Below, in pieces: positions 47,299 through 56,984 of a DNA stretch of 64,000 nucleotides. Below the pieces are notes generated by a model. The model saw nothing but the letters and a program-made list of their open reading frames with translations. It had not been told where the DNA came from and searched no databases. Each line of letters begins with the position of its first letter. Position 1 is the stretch's first letter. The DNA comes from a virus. Position numbers and translations under genes: made by a program. The stretch is from IMG/VR virus record IMGVR_UViG_3300046171_000155; one strand, given 5' to 3'.

Positions 47299-48104
47299 TC
47301 AATAACGTGAAAAAAATTGTGTCTAGTCCAAGGTTCCTTAATTTGTTTTTCTTTGTATCCATGATGATCCTGCGTCACGCACAAACGTTTTGAAATCAAC
47401 TGTGTGGTCGGTGTTGGAATGCCTGTCTTATCACGATCTTTGTAATTAAAGTAGACCCCAATATCACGACCAACACCTATAGTATCACAATCATGCCAAG
47501 GATGTAAAGCTGTATTTTTAATCCCATAGTGATCGACTTCTGGTCGTTCTAAATGTTGCGTAGTATATGTTCTGAAAAGACGTTGCAACACACAGTAAGG
47601 ACCGCAGTTAATTGGGAAGTTGTTGTTGGTCATCATGTGGTGACCCCAGTGCGCGAAGTTTCGGTCCATGCAATACATACCCATGAACAGTCCTATATTC
47701 GCGTAGAGGGTGTTCTCTGCGTACTCAACGAGCAGTTTGAATGCTTCGTACCGTTCCTCTATCAACCAAGTATCGTGTTCTAGTATCCAGAACTTTTCGT
47801 CGGACTGCCCTTGTTGCCGCATAAGTTCCCAATGAGAACACATCCCTGCTTTCTCTGTGGGTGAGTGGTCGTCTTTACTGTTACCAGAATTTAGATCTAG
47901 GGTCATAAGACTTTTAGACCAAACATACTTATCTACATGTTCTTGGAACATATCAGATTGTGGGGTGATTGCGTCGAAAGTTTCGATAGAGTCGATATAT
48001 CCTTCGTCGATGGCGCGTTGGAAAGACTGACGGGAGAGTGATGCGTACTCTTCAGACCGTTCGTCTCCTTTCATTACTATTTGTATTGCTTTCATATTAC
48101 TCAC
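47295..48104 (-). CDS. glycosyltransferase family 25-like protein
   Basis: FDAITP...EKAGMCSHWEL...ILEHD pattern. Confidence 0.55.
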   Translation of the reverse strand: MSNMKAIQIVMKGDERSEEYASLSRQSFQRAIDEGYIDSIETFDAITPQSDMFQEHVDKYVWSKSLMTLDLNSGNSKDDHSPTEKAGMCSHWELMRQQGQSDEKFWILEHDTWLIEERYEAFKLLVEYAENTLYANIGLFMGMYCMDRNFAHWGHHMMTNNNFPINCGPYCVLQRLFRTYTTQHLERPEVDHYGIKNTALHPWHDCDTIGVGRDIGVYFNYKDRDKTGIPTPTTQLISKRLCVTQDHHGYKEKQIKEPWTRHNFFHVID

Positions 48105-48130
48105 AAAAAAGGGGGATGTTACTCCCCCTT
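48105..48130 (-). terminator. intrinsic terminator
   Basis: GGGGGA-GTAACA-TCCCCC followed by TTTTTT. Confidence 0.85.
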
Positions 48131-48135
48131 ATTTA

Positions 48136-48243
48136 TTACATTAGTTGTTGGACACAGACGGCTACCACGAATACACTTGATAGTCCTGCGAACATCCAAC
48201 CCATCTCTTCTAACCTAGAGTTGGCTCGGTTGCTCTTCTCCAT
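48136..48243 (-). CDS. 35-aa membrane peptide (not in ORF track)
   Basis: MEKSNRANSRLEEMGWMFAGLSSVFVVAVCVQQLM; GAGGAG RBS inside the hsp20 3' end. Confidence 0.55.
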   Translation of the reverse strand: MEKSNRANSRLEEMGWMFAGLSSVFVVAVCVQQLM

Positions 48244-48700
48244 TGTTGCTCTCCTCGTTTAAAAGTTGCGGGGTCGATTGATAAGTGACGCCCGAATTAA
48301 TCGCTACTTTACGAGGCTTCTGACTTTCAGGGATTATTACCTCCAATTGGATGGCAAGTAACCCGTTCCTGAAATCAGCTCCCATTACTTCAACATACTC
48401 CGACAGACGGAACTGACGTTCAAATCTCTTCGTCGAAATGCCTTTATGAATATACTCTCTAGTGTCTAGTACAGACCCTCGAATGCTAAGTGTTCGGTTC
48501 TTTACTTCGATCTCGAGTTCGTCTTCCGTAAATCCGGCGACTGCTAACTCGATTAGGTATTGATCCTCTCCCGTCTTTAGAATATTATGCGGGGGGAACG
48601 TATCACCCGAGTGTCGTGCGACTCTATCCAATTCGTCGATCATAGTATCAAATCCGACGAATGCTGAACGTGGGAACAGTTGTTTTGCTGTTAATGTCAT
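48215..48700 (-). CDS. small heat shock protein (IbpA-like)
   Basis: FVGFD, FPPHNI, IELAVAGF, YIHKGIS.R.F and NGLL...IPE..KPRK. Confidence 0.93.
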   Translation of the reverse strand: MTLTAKQLFPRSAFVGFDTMIDELDRVARHSGDTFPPHNILKTGEDQYLIELAVAGFTEDELEIEVKNRTLSIRGSVLDTREYIHKGISTKRFERQFRLSEYVEVMGADFRNGLLAIQLEVIIPESQKPRKVAINSGVTYQSTPQLLNEESNNGEEQPSQL

Positions 48701-48812
48701 GTTGCTAACTCCTTAGTTTTAAGCAAGTTTAAAATAACCCCCACTTATGTGGCAGGTCACTACTATATATACAACTTATACGTATATCAGTAATATTAAA
48801 TTCGTGAATAAT

Positions 48813-49031
48813 TCACTCATCTAAATCATAGTTGTCATCACCAATGTGTATGACTTCATCGTTTTCGATCATCTGGATGATTTCTAGAGTGACTTTCTTA
48901 TCCATTAGAAGGTAAGACAGTCTGCTCTCAATCACATCTAGATGTCTTCGGTACATATCCAATTCTTTTTGTTTATTCTCTTTTTGCTTGATGACTTCTG
49001 TTAGAGATACTATCTTCGTTTCTTCAGTCAT
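48813..49031 (-). CDS. hypothetical coiled-coil protein
   Basis: GGAG RBS; K.KEL.Y motif. Confidence 0.6.
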   Translation of the reverse strand: MTEETKIVSLTEVIKQKENKQKELDMYRRHLDVIESRLSYLLMDKKVTLEIIQMIENDEVIHIGDDNYDLDE

Positions 49032-49043
49032 GTGGGCGACTCC

Positions 49044-49595
49044 TTAGTAATACATAGAGGGGTCTGGGTCTCCTTCAATACCAAATGAGAATGATACTCG
49101 TGAGATTTTAGGAAACACTTGATGGTGTGTTCCTCTAGGCAAGTACACATACATCCCTGGTTTAAAATCAAATGGTTCTTCGTTATTGATGCCCTCTACT
49201 TTGAGACCGACAGTCGAAATAACTTGTACTAAAAACACATCCATGGAGTCTTTGTGCCATGGATAAGAACCACTTTCTCGACCAAATCCGCTAAATGCAA
49301 TATTCGTTATATTTCTTTTATCTGAGTGCAGAGAGAAGACATCTTCTAACTCACTATAGATTACCTTTGCGAACTCCGGAGAACTTCCGCGAGAATGAAA
49401 ACTGTTAAGACCTATACGCATCTTATCAGAGTTACGATCATAAAGATCATCGGGGTGAGAATCCATCATTTCCATGAACTGATCCCACCCGTAAGTCTCT
49501 CCCATATCAAATGGCAAGTTACCTACGAATGGGGTCTTAGTCCCAATATTCTCATCGCGACCGTCAAAAATACCATAATGTTCTATAGTCATCAA
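49044..49595 (-). CDS. JmjC/cupin-like oxygenase
   Basis: WHKDSMDVFLVQ...K...PGMYVYLPRGTHH...R.S.SF. Confidence 0.7.
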   Translation of the reverse strand: MMTIEHYGIFDGRDENIGTKTPFVGNLPFDMGETYGWDQFMEMMDSHPDDLYDRNSDKMRIGLNSFHSRGSSPEFAKVIYSELEDVFSLHSDKRNITNIAFSGFGRESGSYPWHKDSMDVFLVQVISTVGLKVEGINNEEPFDFKPGMYVYLPRGTHHQVFPKISRVSFSFGIEGDPDPSMYY

Positions 49596-50002
49596 TTATT
49601 TCCGATGTTATATTTTGGTTTCAATGTCCAGTTGGACTTATCTTTGTATGAGATGATCTTGATCTGTCTCATTGGCGCACAGTCAAGTGCAACATCTTTA
49701 TTGACGATTGCAACTAAACCCCAATCTTGTAGAAGGGTTGCGATCGTGTTGCGTCGTTCCATATCTGAAACTTCTAAGTTTGATTTCTTACCGTCCAGTA
49801 GAAACAACTCCTTGAAATGGACAATAAAATACCTACCCTGCTTGTGCAAGATATGGCATGATTGGAATAGGGTGTTGTCTCTACGAGAAGCCACACCTAT
49901 TCTTGTTAGGGTTTCTCTGACTTTTAAAAAGTCATCTGGTTCTGCTAACGTGATCTCTAACATCATGTCAGCGTTCCATTGAACTAGATTATTCTCTTCC
50001 AC
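49592..50002 (-). CDS. regA: translational repressor RegA
   Basis: PDDFLKVRETLTRIG, QSCHILHKQG.Y.IVHFKELF. Confidence 0.97.
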   Translation of the reverse strand: MEENNLVQWNADMMLEITLAEPDDFLKVRETLTRIGVASRRDNTLFQSCHILHKQGRYFIVHFKELFLLDGKKSNLEVSDMERRNTIATLLQDWGLVAIVNKDVALDCAPMRQIKIISYKDKSNWTLKPKYNIGNN

Positions 50003-50369
50003 CTATGGATACCTTACTTTTAATTGTTGTTATTTGTGATTCTGACAAAAGACCTACCACCTGTTTTGCTTTGCTTTCACTATAACCGAAATACTGCTTC
50101 ACACATTCTATGTCGGTACGTTCTTCAGGTTTATCCCACTTAGAGAATCGTTTCTTCTTACGTACAATATTTATAAGAAAGTCGTATTGTAATTTAGAAT
50201 CCAAGTGGTGCAGACGATTCATTTCATTAGACATAATTACAGTTTCTGGAAAATAAGATAGTGACCTATTTACTAGAAATGAGTTATATTTAGTCTCAGT
50301 ATCCGCATCTTTATCCATGAGATTGACTTTAGTACTGTTTATACTATTTACAAACTCAAACGGGTTCAT
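49989..50369 (-). CDS. 62: clamp loader small subunit gp62
   Basis: F.VNRSLS...NEMN...QYDFL..RKKKRFSKW; synteny. Confidence 0.92.
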   Translation of the reverse strand: MNPFEFVNSINSTKVNLMDKDADTETKYNSFLVNRSLSYFPETVIMSNEMNRLHHLDSKLQYDFLINIVRKKKRFSKWDKPEERTDIECVKQYFGYSESKAKQVVGLLSESQITTIKSKVSIGGRE

Positions 50370-51310
50370 GCTTTGATCTCTACATTTGCCATCGTTTCAG
50401 TGAGACAAGCGACCAGATTCAATTCATGATCCGCAACGAAGGCATTCTTGTACTGATAATCAGCAAGAATAAGAACAAGTTGTGGAATACTGTTGGGCGC
50501 GACATGATCATACATGCGATCATATATGCCGCGAAAAATAGAAGCGGGTTCAACATCAATATTGTTGACGACCCACGACCGCATTTTCTTGAAGTTTTTA
50601 TCTCGTATAGCTGTGAACAACTGGGTGTATGGGTCTGTTACGTCTTGTCCCATTGCTGGAGCAACGCTAAGTGTTCCCGAGATAGACCCCTTCTGCAACT
50701 CATTCAGTACACGCCGCCAGTCTGGTGCGTGTTTCATTATGACTTGCGCTAACACGTCTTTGTGATATTCGACACCTTCGTCTCGAAGGATGTCCATCGC
50801 ACGAGACATAAAGTCTGCCGATAAAGACTGTAGACCTTTCTTGGTCGTGTTGAACGCAATCTTAGTACAACGAGAATGCAGTGGTTCGATAATACGGTTC
50901 TCGAAATTACATGTCATAATAAAACGACAGTTGTTCGAGAACTCTTCAATAAATCCACGCAACGCAGGTTGTGTGGACTGTGGGTTGAGGTAATCCGCCT
51001 CATCCAGAATTACTACTTTATAACCACCGGACAACGAAACGGAAGAGGCGAACTGCTTGATCTTGCCGCGCAGTGTGTCAATGTTACCTTCTTCTGATCC
51101 ATTGATGACGATATAGTCGAGATCTAGTTCTTCACAGATCGCTCGTGCGACTGTGGTCTTACCAGTACCAGCGGTGCCTGCAAACATCATGTTGGGAATT
51201 TCTTCGCCATCTACGATGTTTTGAAAAGTAGTCTTTAGTTCTTTCTGTAGAATCGTCTCCGAGACTTTGCGTGGACGATACTTTTCAACCCATAAAAATT
51301 CATTGCTCAT
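50366..51310 (-). CDS. 44: clamp loader subunit gp44
   Basis: WVEKYRP, GTAGTGKT, DEAD and SRC. Confidence 0.96.
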   Translation of the reverse strand: MSNEFLWVEKYRPRKVSETILQKELKTTFQNIVDGEEIPNMMFAGTAGTGKTTVARAICEELDLDYIVINGSEEGNIDTLRGKIKQFASSVSLSGGYKVVILDEADYLNPQSTQPALRGFIEEFSNNCRFIMTCNFENRIIEPLHSRCTKIAFNTTKKGLQSLSADFMSRAMDILRDEGVEYHKDVLAQVIMKHAPDWRRVLNELQKGSISGTLSVAPAMGQDVTDPYTQLFTAIRDKNFKKMRSWVVNNIDVEPASIFRGIYDRMYDHVAPNSIPQLVLILADYQYKNAFVADHELNLVACLTETMANVEIKA

Positions 51311-51452
51311 TTAAACCTCATAATATAAGTAGTAATCAATCGGATATTATACAACATTATTACATGTTCGTAAATACATCCGCAATAGTATTTATCTAAT
51401 AAAAACCTCTTCTGCAATCGTTTTTATAGATAAATGTTATGAATATTTGCTA

Positions 51453-52043
51453 TCAATATTCGTCTGCGTAGGCGTGATTGATTTTAGCATGGTGCATTTC
51501 ATCACGACGGACACAAACAATCATATCAGAGAGCATTGCACCCTCTTCAAGATCTACGTAATAGTCAATGGCAATTTGTGGGGCAGGGACATCTTCAATC
51601 TCTCCTGCATTTATTAGTGCCAAGTAACTGGTGTAACTATTTACAGCCTCTTCTTCAAAGTACCCAGTCATGCGGTGCGCAGTACGGGGAAACAACATAT
51701 ACATTATAAGATAGTAATGCCAGAAGATAAACTGAACAAGAATGATAAGAACCCTCTCTAGGGAAGAGGGGTGGACGATCTCCATGAAAAACATTAGATG
51801 CTTGCGTTCATTAGTCGCTTCGTCTAATAGTTCTTGGATCTTAGTACCATTGCCCTTCTGCAGTCTGCGTAGACTATACAAGTGCGTGAGCATACCGCCC
51901 ACCATTCCAGGGACACCAGCAACTGTCTCTAGAATAAGAGCGCGTTTGCCGTAGTTACGTCCAAAGAAAGTGTCTGCGAAGAATCTAAAAAACGAAGTCA
52001 TAGATCTTGCAAAGGTGTCTGATACTTTTGTAGTGATATTCAC
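51453..52043 (-). CDS. aox: alternative oxidase (AOX)
   Basis: LETVAGVPGMV, EA.NERKHL, GYFEEEA..SY, APQIAIDY and RRDE.HH. Confidence 0.93.
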   Translation of the reverse strand: MNITTKVSDTFARSMTSFFRFFADTFFGRNYGKRALILETVAGVPGMVGGMLTHLYSLRRLQKGNGTKIQELLDEATNERKHLMFFMEIVHPSSLERVLIILVQFIFWHYYLIMYMLFPRTAHRMTGYFEEEAVNSYTSYLALINAGEIEDVPAPQIAIDYYVDLEEGAMLSDMIVCVRRDEMHHAKINHAYADEY

Positions 52044-52057
52044 GACTTCTCCGAAAG

Positions 52058-52123
<66 letters not shown>

Positions 52124-52133
<10 letters not shown>

Positions 52134-52381
52134 AAATTATCGATGTATTTTTGTCTCTCAGATTTACGCTTTTCTGTGAGACTACGTACTATGTATATGC
52201 GCGTGAACGCTACAAATGAAATTCCTACCGTTAAAATAGTAGACAAAACTAACGGGTCTGTTATTCCCCACTTAACAACTGCCAACCATGTGTAAAAAAT
52301 ATTTAACGGGTAGTTAATGACTGTCCCTAATGCGACATGAATAGATGTTTCTTTCGCGATTAGGGGATCGTAAAACTTCAT
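52124..52381 (-). CDS. small membrane protein
   Basis: KET...G.VINYPLN...R.YIVR; 2 TM; GGAG RBS. Confidence 0.6.
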
Positions 52382-52469
52382 ATAAAAAAATGACTCCTTG
52401 AATATAAAATAATAATATAAATCAATAAAACTGTATTCTTGAGCGCAAACACTCAAGGAGTCAAAAGGG

Positions 52470-52700
52470 TTACTCTGAGTCTGACTCAGAAGCAGATTCT
52501 GCGTGTGCCTTAGCAACTTGCTCGTAAAGCGCTACGACTTGGATTGCTTGATCGCGCAGTTGACCGATAGTGGTGAGTTCCTCACCTTTGAACCCGCCGC
52601 GTGTGACGACAGTATCAACTACTGCGACACAAGATCGCGCTACACGGTTTGCGAGATCGTTTAGTGATGCTTGTTCTTGTGACATAATTTCGTCTGACAT
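52470..52700 (-). CDS. conserved hypothetical protein after gp45
   Basis: RS.VAVVD....RG.FKGEEL.TIG.LRD. Confidence 0.65.
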   Translation of the reverse strand: MSDEIMSQEQASLNDLANRVARSCVAVVDTVVTRGGFKGEELTTIGQLRDQAIQVVALYEQVAKAHAESASESDSE

Positions 52701-52701
52701 T

Positions 52702-53382
52702 TTATGCTCCGTATGTTGAAGATTTTTCTAGTGCAATAAAGTATTGCGTATCTGAAGTAAGTGATCGGAAATGAGAGATCAACTTTGTTGAGACCGAGAC
52801 ATCATAATCTTCACCAAGAAGTTTCATGTTAGCAACACCCATGATAAAGTTGAAGTCTGTATCCGCAGGGAAGTTACCCTCGACCAAAACTGAGAATGAG
52901 TTAGATGTAGAGTTATCAACATCAATCACTCGAATCTCAACGCTGCCGTTACCAGAAGGTCGAATAGAGATAGTGTCATAACCGAGAGCGGCAGATGCTT
53001 TCTTGATCTTTGCCAGCGTCTCGTTAGTCAATACAAACTTGACTTCACACTCAGGCATGATGATGTCTTTCTTAGGTGCGGCTAACATCTCAGGGTCAGA
53101 GTAAAAATACTTAACCGACGACAGACCACTGCCATCTGAGACAGTACAGTAACTCTCATCAAACTCAATTGATGGATTGTCTACGAGAGACAAGACCGAC
53201 AAAAACTCTGACAGATCATAGATACCGAATGTGCTGGGGAAGTTCTCATCAACTTCTGCACGAGATACGATATTCTTTGCGATTGACATAGTCTTCAGGA
53301 CGTTACCGCCATTGACTACAATGTTTGGGTTGATAGTCGAGAAGTTACGCAAGATCTCGACCGTGCGACTAGATAATTCCAT
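52702..53382 (-). CDS. 45: sliding clamp gp45
   Basis: LRNFSTINP, FGIYDL.EFL and YFIALE. Confidence 0.95.
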   Translation of the reverse strand: MELSSRTVEILRNFSTINPNIVVNGGNVLKTMSIAKNIVSRAEVDENFPSTFGIYDLSEFLSVLSLVDNPSIEFDESYCTVSDGSGLSSVKYFYSDPEMLAAPKKDIIMPECEVKFVLTNETLAKIKKASAALGYDTISIRPSGNGSVEIRVIDVDNSTSNSFSVLVEGNFPADTDFNFIMGVANMKLLGEDYDVSVSTKLISHFRSLTSDTQYFIALEKSSTYGA

Positions 53383-53411
53383 TGATTGATTCCTCAGTTA
53401 GTATGTTGCAC

Positions 53412-53440
53412 ATTATATAATATTTGATCACTTCTGTCAA
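53412..53440 (-). promoter_or_regulatory. consensus sigma70 promoter of gene 45
   Basis: TTGACA-17-TATAAT. Confidence 0.8.
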
Positions 53441-55161
53441 GTGATTTCTCGCATACGGCTGAAATTTTTATCTTTAATAAACGCCAACTTACGTTCGAAG
53501 TGTGCGTCTTCAAGTTCAGTCTTATGTGAGATCACGAATACATTAGTGTCCTCTTTCAATGTGTCGATAATCTTCATAAGGTTATCAACACCCTCACCGT
53601 CCAACGAAGAGTCGAACGTCTCATCTAGTATCAACAGGTTGGTCGATACCGAATTCTTCATCTTGGCAATATGTCGCCAAGTAAATAATAACGATAGGTC
53701 GATACGTTGTTTCTCACCCTCAGAGAATGAGTCATACGAGAACGTGTCGCGATACCGTGATCGAATCGTTTCTTTGAAACTTTCATCTAGCTCAAAATGG
53801 ACAAAGAAGTCTAGCGTCTGCAGGTACTTATTGGTCAACTCATTGATCACGGGTATATATTGTTTGATTATCTTCGTTTTTATGCCAGAGTCTTTCAGTA
53901 ACTCAGACGCGACACGGTTGTATGAAGACAACTCATTAAAAGAATATTTTCTATCGTTTAGTCCATGCAGTTCTTCGTCCAAGGCGTTTAGTTCTTCATT
54001 CGCTTGCGCCATGTCACCAGTGTTCTCGGACATCTCTAGTAGGTCTGATTGAATTTTCTGAATGTTCTGAGTCAACCTAGAGACCATTTGCATGTTGTTG
54101 TTCATGAGGTTCTGCTTGTGCATAAGGTCAGACATTTCAGACTCTAGTTTTTCGAGCATTTCGTTATACTCTTGTAACTGCTCGTCCGCCTTCACCATAA
54201 GTTTCTGAAGTTCACGCGCACGTTCATTCGCAGCAGACTTTTTACTATTGCGCAGTTCATCACCGATGTCTTGATCGCACGTAGGGCACACCTCGTTATC
54301 ATCAAAGAACTTTGCTTCTTTGACGACAGACTTTACTTGAGTATCAAACTGTGTGCGATATTTTTCTAACTTCTGTTTGTTTGCACGGATCTTACCTAAC
54401 TCAGTCTGTACTGCAGGCAACGAGTTATTGACTTCTTCAGAGAGTTCTACGTTCACTTCATTGAAGGTTGCGATGTCAGAATTTAGAGACTCGATCTCCG
54501 CTTCCTTCTCTTTACGGTGCGCAGTGTTGATGGCACTCAGGTCACGGATATACTTCTTTTGAGAAGATATTCTTGTCTTGACCATCTCGATGGAATGGTT
54601 GTTGTTCTCTAGCTCGCCTTTGAGGAGAGAGATTTTCTCCTTGAGTATCACATTCATCTTAGAAAATATGTTAATATCAAGAAGGTCTTCTATCACGTCA
54701 CGCCGAGAGGTTGAGTTGAGTTGCATGAACGGGATAAAAGAGGACGAACCGAGAACAACAATTTGGTGAAAACTCTTGTGAGACATCTGTAGGACGTTCT
54801 TCTCAAGAATCTCTTGGTACTCACGTGCGTGTGAACTCTGGTTGATCATACTGCCATCTTTCCAGATCTCAAACTTCGCGGGTTTCAGACCACGCACGAT
54901 TTTATAACGGACACCATTGACAGTAAAGTACACCTCGCAGAGGCAGTCTTTGTTATTGATGGTGTTGACTAGTTGTGGTTTATTAATGTTGCGGTGTGCT
55001 TTACCGAACAAAGAGAAAGACAGTGCGTCCAACATCGTAGACTTACCTGCACCGTTCTCACCCACGACTAGGTTAGTGGGCGTTTCTAAGAAATCTATTT
55101 CGTTAAAGTAATTGCCCGTCGAAAGAAAGTTCTTCCAACGGAGTTTTTCAAATCTAATCAT
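53437..55161 (-). CDS. 46: recombination endonuclease subunit gp46 (Rad50/SbcC-like)
   Basis: GENGAGKS, CPTC zinc hook, FSEGE and LDETFD. Confidence 0.96.
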   Translation of the reverse strand: MIRFEKLRWKNFLSTGNYFNEIDFLETPTNLVVGENGAGKSTMLDALSFSLFGKAHRNINKPQLVNTINNKDCLCEVYFTVNGVRYKIVRGLKPAKFEIWKDGSMINQSSHAREYQEILEKNVLQMSHKSFHQIVVLGSSSFIPFMQLNSTSRRDVIEDLLDINIFSKMNVILKEKISLLKGELENNNHSIEMVKTRISSQKKYIRDLSAINTAHRKEKEAEIESLNSDIATFNEVNVELSEEVNNSLPAVQTELGKIRANKQKLEKYRTQFDTQVKSVVKEAKFFDDNEVCPTCDQDIGDELRNSKKSAANERARELQKLMVKADEQLQEYNEMLEKLESEMSDLMHKQNLMNNNMQMVSRLTQNIQKIQSDLLEMSENTGDMAQANEELNALDEELHGLNDRKYSFNELSSYNRVASELLKDSGIKTKIIKQYIPVINELTNKYLQTLDFFVHFELDESFKETIRSRYRDTFSYDSFSEGEKQRIDLSLLFTWRHIAKMKNSVSTNLLILDETFDSSLDGEGVDNLMKIIDTLKEDTNVFVISHKTELEDAHFERKLAFIKDKNFSRMREIT

Positions 55162-56216
55162 GCAATCTCTACACTCTGTGCTTCGACCATAAGTTCAGAC
55201 ACTAGACCTTTGATACGATCTTTGTCTAAATCGGTCTCCACTTCTTGGATATAGTTGTAAATCAAAGTCTGCGTATCTTCAACACTTACCTGAGCATCGT
55301 CAACATTCTCACCACGAAACTCTTTGAAGTCTTCTGCGATCTTCAGTTCGTAGATCTTCTGTCGTTGAATACGCTCAACGTACCGCTCAAACTTTTTAAT
55401 GTCAGAACGGTTTACCACAATCAATTTGATGAACTTGTTATCAAGATAAGTCAGATCTTCGAAATGGTTTATCTCATTTTCATCGTAATAAATCTTGTGG
55501 AATATTGTAACGCAATTTTGAACTGGCGTCAACTCGCGAGTCTCTGTGTCGTAGATATGAAAGTACTTAGGGTCGTGCGCGTCGTTCCAGAAGAACTCCA
55601 TCTGTGCACCGAGATAGTGGATGTTACCTTGAGTAGATTTCGTGTGGAAGTGGCCAGACAAGACTGTCTCAAATCTCTGAAGAGGCGCGGTATCCATACC
55701 ATCTTTACAAACGATACCTTTATCCATCTCAAACCCAGCAAGTTCAAAGTGTCCAGCAAGAACATCTGCTCCGCAGTTATCTAAGAATGTCATTACTTCT
55801 GACTCATTCTCAGGGCAGATCCAAGGTACCAGACCAAACTTGACAGAACCATACTCACGCACAATAGGGTCCATGAGAATATCTACTTCGTTGATATAGT
55901 GACCCATCAACTCTTTGAGGGAGTTCAACTCGATAGTATTCTTGAAGTAAACGTCGTGATTGCCTGGAATGATATCCATGTGAATATTGTATTCACGGAG
56001 TTTATCCAAGAATATCTGACGATTATGGTTCAACGCTTTGAGGTTGATCGTCTTACGGTTATCGTAGTAGTCACCAAGGTGCAATATCTGTGTGATGTTG
56101 TTTTCTAACAAGTAGGGAAAGAACACCTCACCATAGAAGCGTTCTTGATACTGCATAAAAATGTCAGACGAATTACGACACCCGCAGTGGGTGTCATTTA
56201 GAATTGCGATTTTCAT
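55158..56216 (-). CDS. 47: recombination endonuclease subunit gp47 (Mre11/SbcD-like)
   Basis: DTH.G, GD, GNHD, GHF and SGHFH. Confidence 0.96.
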   Translation of the reverse strand: MKIAILNDTHCGCRNSSDIFMQYQERFYGEVFFPYLLENNITQILHLGDYYDNRKTINLKALNHNRQIFLDKLREYNIHMDIIPGNHDVYFKNTIELNSLKELMGHYINEVDILMDPIVREYGSVKFGLVPWICPENESEVMTFLDNCGADVLAGHFELAGFEMDKGIVCKDGMDTAPLQRFETVLSGHFHTKSTQGNIHYLGAQMEFFWNDAHDPKYFHIYDTETRELTPVQNCVTIFHKIYYDENEINHFEDLTYLDNKFIKLIVVNRSDIKKFERYVERIQRQKIYELKIAEDFKEFRGENVDDAQVSVEDTQTLIYNYIQEVETDLDKDRIKGLVSELMVEAQSVEIA

Positions 56217-56275
56217 ACGTGCTCAACTCAATTTATACAACGATAATTATACTACTATTATATTGGTTGGTCAAG

Positions 56276-56872
56276 CTATTCTAAGTAATCTGATAGGTCA
56301 GAGTCAACGTGTACCGCTCTACGTTTTCTGGTTTTCTCTTCTTTCGCATACTCTTTGAATTCGTCATCTGCAGACTTTACTGCGTCGATGCGCATACGGA
56401 GAGTATCAACGAATGGTGATGTTTGATTATGAAAAGAACCTGCTTCGTCGTCATCTAAGAATTCGCTCACATCCGCTTCAGAAATAAACTTCATCTTGAT
56501 GTCTTGTTGTTTCTTTTCTTTCTGAATTCGCCGCAAGAATGCATACCACGAAATCTGTGTGAAGTATGCAAACGCGTTTGGTTTACCCGATCGAGTGGCG
56601 GCTTCTATATTATAATTCTCAATCGCTTTGAGGCAGTTCTCTACTGCGTCCATGACCATCTCTTCACGATAGGTATAACGAACAAAGTTTGCCTTGTGGG
56701 AGAGTCCCTCTGCGATCTTTAGAAAACAGGAAGCGATGTAATCAGGCACAACAGGAACTTTTACACCTTCCGACTTAGATTTTTGAGCTTGTGTACAGTA
56801 TTCTACTACTGCTTCGGAGAACTCTCTGTTATTGACGTAGTGTGGTTTTTCTTTAGGTTTCATAATATACAA
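56276..56872 (-). CDS. 55: late sigma factor gp55
   Basis: HYVNN, IAEGLS.K.NF..Y, NAFAYFTQI...AF.RRI..EKKQ. Confidence 0.95.
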   Translation of the reverse strand: MYIMKPKEKPHYVNNREFSEAVVEYCTQAQKSKSEGVKVPVVPDYIASCFLKIAEGLSHKANFVRYTYREEMVMDAVENCLKAIENYNIEAATRSGKPNAFAYFTQISWYAFLRRIQKEKKQQDIKMKFISEADVSEFLDDDEAGSFHNQTSPFVDTLRMRIDAVKSADDEFKEYAKEEKTRKRRAVHVDSDLSDYLE

Positions 56873-56891
56873 CTCGATTAATTAAGGTCAC

Positions 56892-56920
56892 ATTATACTA
56901 TAATTTACATATTTCGTCAA
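56892..56920 (-). promoter_or_regulatory. sigma70 promoter of gene 55
   Basis: TTGACG-17-TATAAT. Confidence 0.75.
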
Positions 56921-56925
56921 CGGGG

Positions 56926-56954
56926 TTGACGGATCGTGTTTTATGGTATATAAT
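56926..56954 (+). promoter_or_regulatory. antisense (plus-strand) sigma70 promoter
   Basis: TTGACG-17-TATAAT, back-to-back with the gene 55 promoter. Confidence 0.55.
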
Positions 56955-56984
56955 CACTTTTGTCTAAAGGGGAGAATAGTATAC

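Noticed and set aside
51453-52043. Cyanophage PTOX, implying a cyanobacterial host
   Set aside because: The motifs are AOX-type, there are no photosynthesis genes in the window, and IscU/AceA look proteobacterial.
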